Positions 35,301 through 37,078 of a stretch of DNA of 37,078 bases are shown in pieces. Positions within the stretch are counted from its first letter, which is position 1, and every line of letters begins with the position of its first letter. Under the pieces are notes generated by a model that ran no database searches, had not been told where the DNA came from, and saw nothing but the letters and a program-made list of their open reading frames with translations. The stretch comes from an uncultured Victivallales bacterium (lineage in GTDB: Bacteria; Verrucomicrobiota; Lentisphaeria; Oligosphaerales; JAFGRS01): assembly GCA_903933565.1 (NCBI GenBank), contig CAIZKT010000239.1:1-37078 (forward strand), given 5' to 3'. The position numbers and the translations under genes were made by a program.

Positions 35301-37078
35301 CGCGTCAAAGGCAGTTCGGGAAGCTTGGAGATGACCGTGGATGTCCCCGTGGCTCTCAAGGCGGCGGCCATGGGCGGTCCTGAACTTGCCAAGATGCAGG
35401 CTTTGACCCTGACCCTGAAGGCCAACGCGCAACGGGCCTCGGCAGACGGCCCGATCCGCGCCGCGCTCGAACTGGCCGCCGCTGACATCCGGCGGCTGGA
35501 TGCCGCGGGCAAACCGCTGCCGCCGTGGGCGGCGCAGGTGGCCGCTGCCGCCGTGGTGTACGCGGACCGGGTAGCGCTCGATTCGTTGACCCTTCGCGCC
35601 CAGGCGGGCGAGAAGGCCCTCGCTAACCTGAGCCTGTCGGGAAACCTCGCGTCGGCGCCCGTCCGCGTCGACCTGAAGCTGAATGGCGATCTCCTGGACC
35701 TCACTGGCCTGCTGAATGTGGCGGTAGGATCGAAGCCCGCAGACGACACGGCCAAACCGGGGAAGAAAGCGCCGCCACCCCCAGCCCAGGAAGCCGCGCC
35801 GGAACCCGGTCCGTTCAATACCGGCGCTACCGCTGTCGTGGCCTTGGTCGACCTCAGGAATGTGATCTACGGTGAGATCAAGAGCGACGTGGCCTGCACC
35901 CTCCGTCTCGAGAACTCCGTGCTTACCGTGGCGCCACTCAAGGGACTGGTCAGCGGCAGCCCGCTGACCGGAGCCCTCAAGGCGAACCTGGCGGTGCAGG
36001 GACTCGATTACTCGGTGAATCTAAGCTTGGGCGCGCTGGACCTGACCCCGTTCATCAAGACCTTTGCGCCGGACCTGGCTCCCTCGATTCTCGGGTCGCT
36101 GACGGGCATGACCCTCGACGTGGCAGGGCGGGGCGTCACCCTGCCATCCTTGCAGAAGACGTTGAGCGGACGCCTGGAGACCGGAGCGAAGAGTCTGGTT
36201 CTGCAGGGGCTGCCCGGGCAGACAGAACTGGCAAAGAAATGGGAAGTCCCTGAGCTGGAACGGCTACAACTGGCACAGGTGGAACTGAAGACGCGCATCC
36301 AGGATGGGCACGTGCTGGTCGAGACCTGCCGGGAGGTGTCGCCCGAACACACCGTGAAGGTCAGCGGCAAGATTGGCCTCGATCAATCCCTGGCGCTGGA
36401 CCTCGACGTGGGGGTTGGCGGTGCCCTGCAGGCGCGGCTGAGTCAGAACTCGACCGGCAGCACGGTGATGAACTACTTGGTGAAGGACGGCGACCACCTG
36501 GTTACCCCTACCTCTATTCCGATCAACGGCACGATTGCCAAGCCCGGGATAGACTCTGAACGCTTCCTTACCGGCCTGGCCAAAGCGGCCGCGCAGAACC
36601 TGCTGAAGGGCTCGCTGCAGAACCAGGGCGGACAGTCGGTCGACTCGCTGCTTGGAGGGCTGCTTAAGAAGACCGGACAAACCAACTCCGGCGCTGCCAC
36701 GGCAGCCCCCGTCGCGAAGCCTGACACCGGCGGACAACCAACGGGCAAGGCGGCCGCGGTGCGCTGGACCGAGCCCGGCAACGACGGGGCGACGGGTGCT
36801 GCCACCGCCAGGAGGGCCGTGCCTGCCGCGGCCCCCACCGCGGCCCCGGTTCCCCCGGTCGCGCCAAAATCGGCCCCGCTGGCCCCCGCCGAGCGCGCCG
36901 CAGCCCCCGCGCCTGCCCCCGCCGCCAGGAAGGCGGTCCCGTTGCCCCCGGCCACGCCTAAGGATGTGCCGGCGCCTGCCCCCGCGGCAGCCCCCGCGGT
37001 AGCTCCCGCCGCTGCAGTCCCGTTGCCCCCGGCCACGCCTAAGGATGTGCCGGCGCCTGCCCCCGCGGCAGCCCCCGC
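32328..37078 (+). CDS. AsmA-family outer-membrane biogenesis / lipid-transfer-like protein, 3'-truncated by the window (at least 1583 codons)
   Basis: Absent from the ORF track because there is no stop before the window end. The ATG at 32328 gives MKKWLKRVGLALAALVLVVVLLAVVVTRSGFINSVIVPRVGKALQ, a single N-terminal TM followed by an AsmA-type opening. My hand translation of 33000..33560 and 36000..36700 in this frame is open and protein-like. The region around 36340..36560 reads GKIGLDQSLALDLDVGVGG...TSIPINGTIAKPGIDSERF, like AsmA C-terminal domains. The track lists no sub-ORFs in this frame, consistent with an uninterrupted frame. Confidence 0.85.
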   Translation, partial: MKKWLKRVGLALAALVLVVVLLAVVVTRSGFINSVIVPRVGKALQTDIRIGSLEFSPFSRLQMGEVRVGPDDAPLVQGKLLRVRYSLLSALRGRVRVDEIRLDDTAIHVVKRADGSMNLPVFPPSKTPKAEAEEEADDLSQAKASNLRIADVRLSGLSFIYEQRQGPGQEPISVKTSNLSLEVPEVVGGQEVKLKLGGQIDDLTLGGVSGVKGTVSGDCRVGLRPSMAVSALDLVVRIAFSQGRANALDLAGREVRLDVQMAMESGALVVRRVALSEFMGDRPEAALALSGRVQWKPADVQLDVVADPIESAVFSLVGALLGDVSFGAPSGIYRAKIAVRSPQRLSLDMQRNQELPWTIAATGKLDLRSLSPRSEKWGLRDVAPFDASFEHDVTWHTDSKTLDIRLLTARAGTPEREMLSAALSRPLTLDFAGKTPAAAQAEAVLALKARGVALNTANLFLPPGLPLSVAAGSVDADAELSVAQQGAAVSLTATVQVADALLADRVGGYGKPFSVEARIGAKATNLRRLEADALTISLRPQGAAAAELKAAGRFDLDQGGEGTAALSGIRESLLALIPASLGSALPLERFALDGEVRWQAGKGFQPFTADAGLRVANARLRGQNGPDELALALALQAETKKDEVAVRSAALEVSVGGRPVAQVSAQGAVGLTPAAAAGRTLTLSSDLLDVDRLMTFAKPLLSPPPPRAGPVAAAVTATAVAVAAPPPPSLPPLNLAVNLDFRKIVCNGRTVAVAGTATLADAAELKSLVLRLPTGSLTVDALLKPEGADWRTRLSVSAAGEALTELAAWAGKTLPGNPLQGTTLLVRWNGTAAPDASRVRLDTLEVKLSQAGQSPMLGVGLAKPLTLTRSKDGTLTWTDTELTVTVTKFPLAMANVALPADSGLSLDGGALDAALAIGLKAQTLGAAVRGNFTLEGLAGRRGEQVFSAIRVEGAVQGQAEGKDRISLSKLAGTVSAAGNRALAFSATAAWDRVKGSSGSLEMTVDVPVALKAAAMGGPELAKMQALTLTLKANAQRASADGPIRAALELAAADIRRLDAAGKPLPPWAAQVAAAAVVYADRVALDSLTLRAQAGEKALANLSLSGNLASAPVRVDLKLNGDLLDLTGLLNVAVGSKPADDTAKPGKKAPPPPAQEAAPEPGPFNTGATAVVALVDLRNVIYGEIKSDVACTLRLENSVLTVAPLKGLVSGSPLTGALKANLAVQGLDYSVNLSLGALDLTPFIKTFAPDLAPSILGSLTGMTLDVAGRGVTLPSLQKTLSGRLETGAKSLVLQGLPGQTELAKKWEVPELERLQLAQVELKTRIQDGHVLVETCREVSPEHTVKVSGKIGLDQSLALDLDVGVGGALQARLSQNSTGSTVMNYLVKDGDHLVTPTSIPINGTIAKPGIDSERFLTGLAKAAAQNLLKGSLQNQGGQSVDSLLGGLLKKTGQTNSGAATAAPVAKPDTGGQPTGKAAAVRWTEPGNDGATGAATARRAVPAAAPTAAPVPPVAPKSAPLAPAERAAAPAPAPAARKAVPLPPATPKDVPAPAPAAAPAVAPAAAVPLPPATPKDVPAPAPAAAP
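36936..37078 (+). repeat. in-frame 81-bp (27-aa) tandem repeat, VPLPPATPKDVPAPAPAAAPAVAPAAA; second copy cut by the window end
   Basis: 36936..36997 is identical base for base to 37017..37078 (62 nt, up to the edge). It sits inside a longer Pro/Ala-rich tail starting near 36700. Confidence 0.9.

Noticed and set aside
33947-35818. 623-aa minus-strand ORF, the longest listed ORF in this region, plus the nested ORF 34041..35093
   Set aside because: It is antisense to the open AsmA-like plus-strand frame. The translation is Ala/Ser/Arg/Pro low complexity with no motifs. This is a typical high-GC shadow ORF.
1-37078. Mobile elements, prophage, toxin-antitoxin or known defence systems
   Set aside because: I could recognise no integrase, transposase, recombinase, nuclease/helicase pair, terminal inverted repeats or tRNA-flanked island. 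Apart from promoter regions, composition is uniform.

Overview
High-GC chromosomal segment from a diderm, glycan-degrading bacterium. The gene content (sulfatase, sialate O-acetylesterase, CBM-like exoproteins, FAD_oxidored-type flavoprotein, beta-helix enzyme, Pal, AsmA) resembles Planctomycetota, Verrucomicrobiota or Kiritimatiellota genomes, but the phylum cannot be fixed from sequence alone. I call 24 protein-coding genes. I see no rRNA, tRNA, CRISPR, transposase, integrase or recognisable defence genes. The most unusual part is a tightly packed, roughly 11.4 kb minus-strand operon (18657..30024). It encodes a URO-D/MtaA-family protein, an atypical ABC importer, a secreted beta-helix enzyme and three tandem, translationally coupled QueG/RdhA-like Fe-S paralogs. 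In the importer, a solute-binding domain appears fused to the MalF-like permease but is split by a frame change, and the MalG-like permease carries a very large periplasmic insertion. The second unusual item is a cytoplasmic protein (5662..7698) with eight tandem four-Cys zinc-ribbon repeats fused to an SGNH-like domain whose catalytic residues appear substituted. The supplied ORF track misses an AsmA-family gene of more than 1583 codons (32328 to beyond 37078) because it has no stop codon in the window. That gene ends in a perfect 81-bp Pro/Ala-rich tandem repeat exactly at the window edge. glnA carries a good sigma-54 type promoter match. Most other long ORFs in the track are antisense shadows typical of high-GC DNA. 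All family assignments come from motif reading by eye and need HMM or BLAST confirmation.
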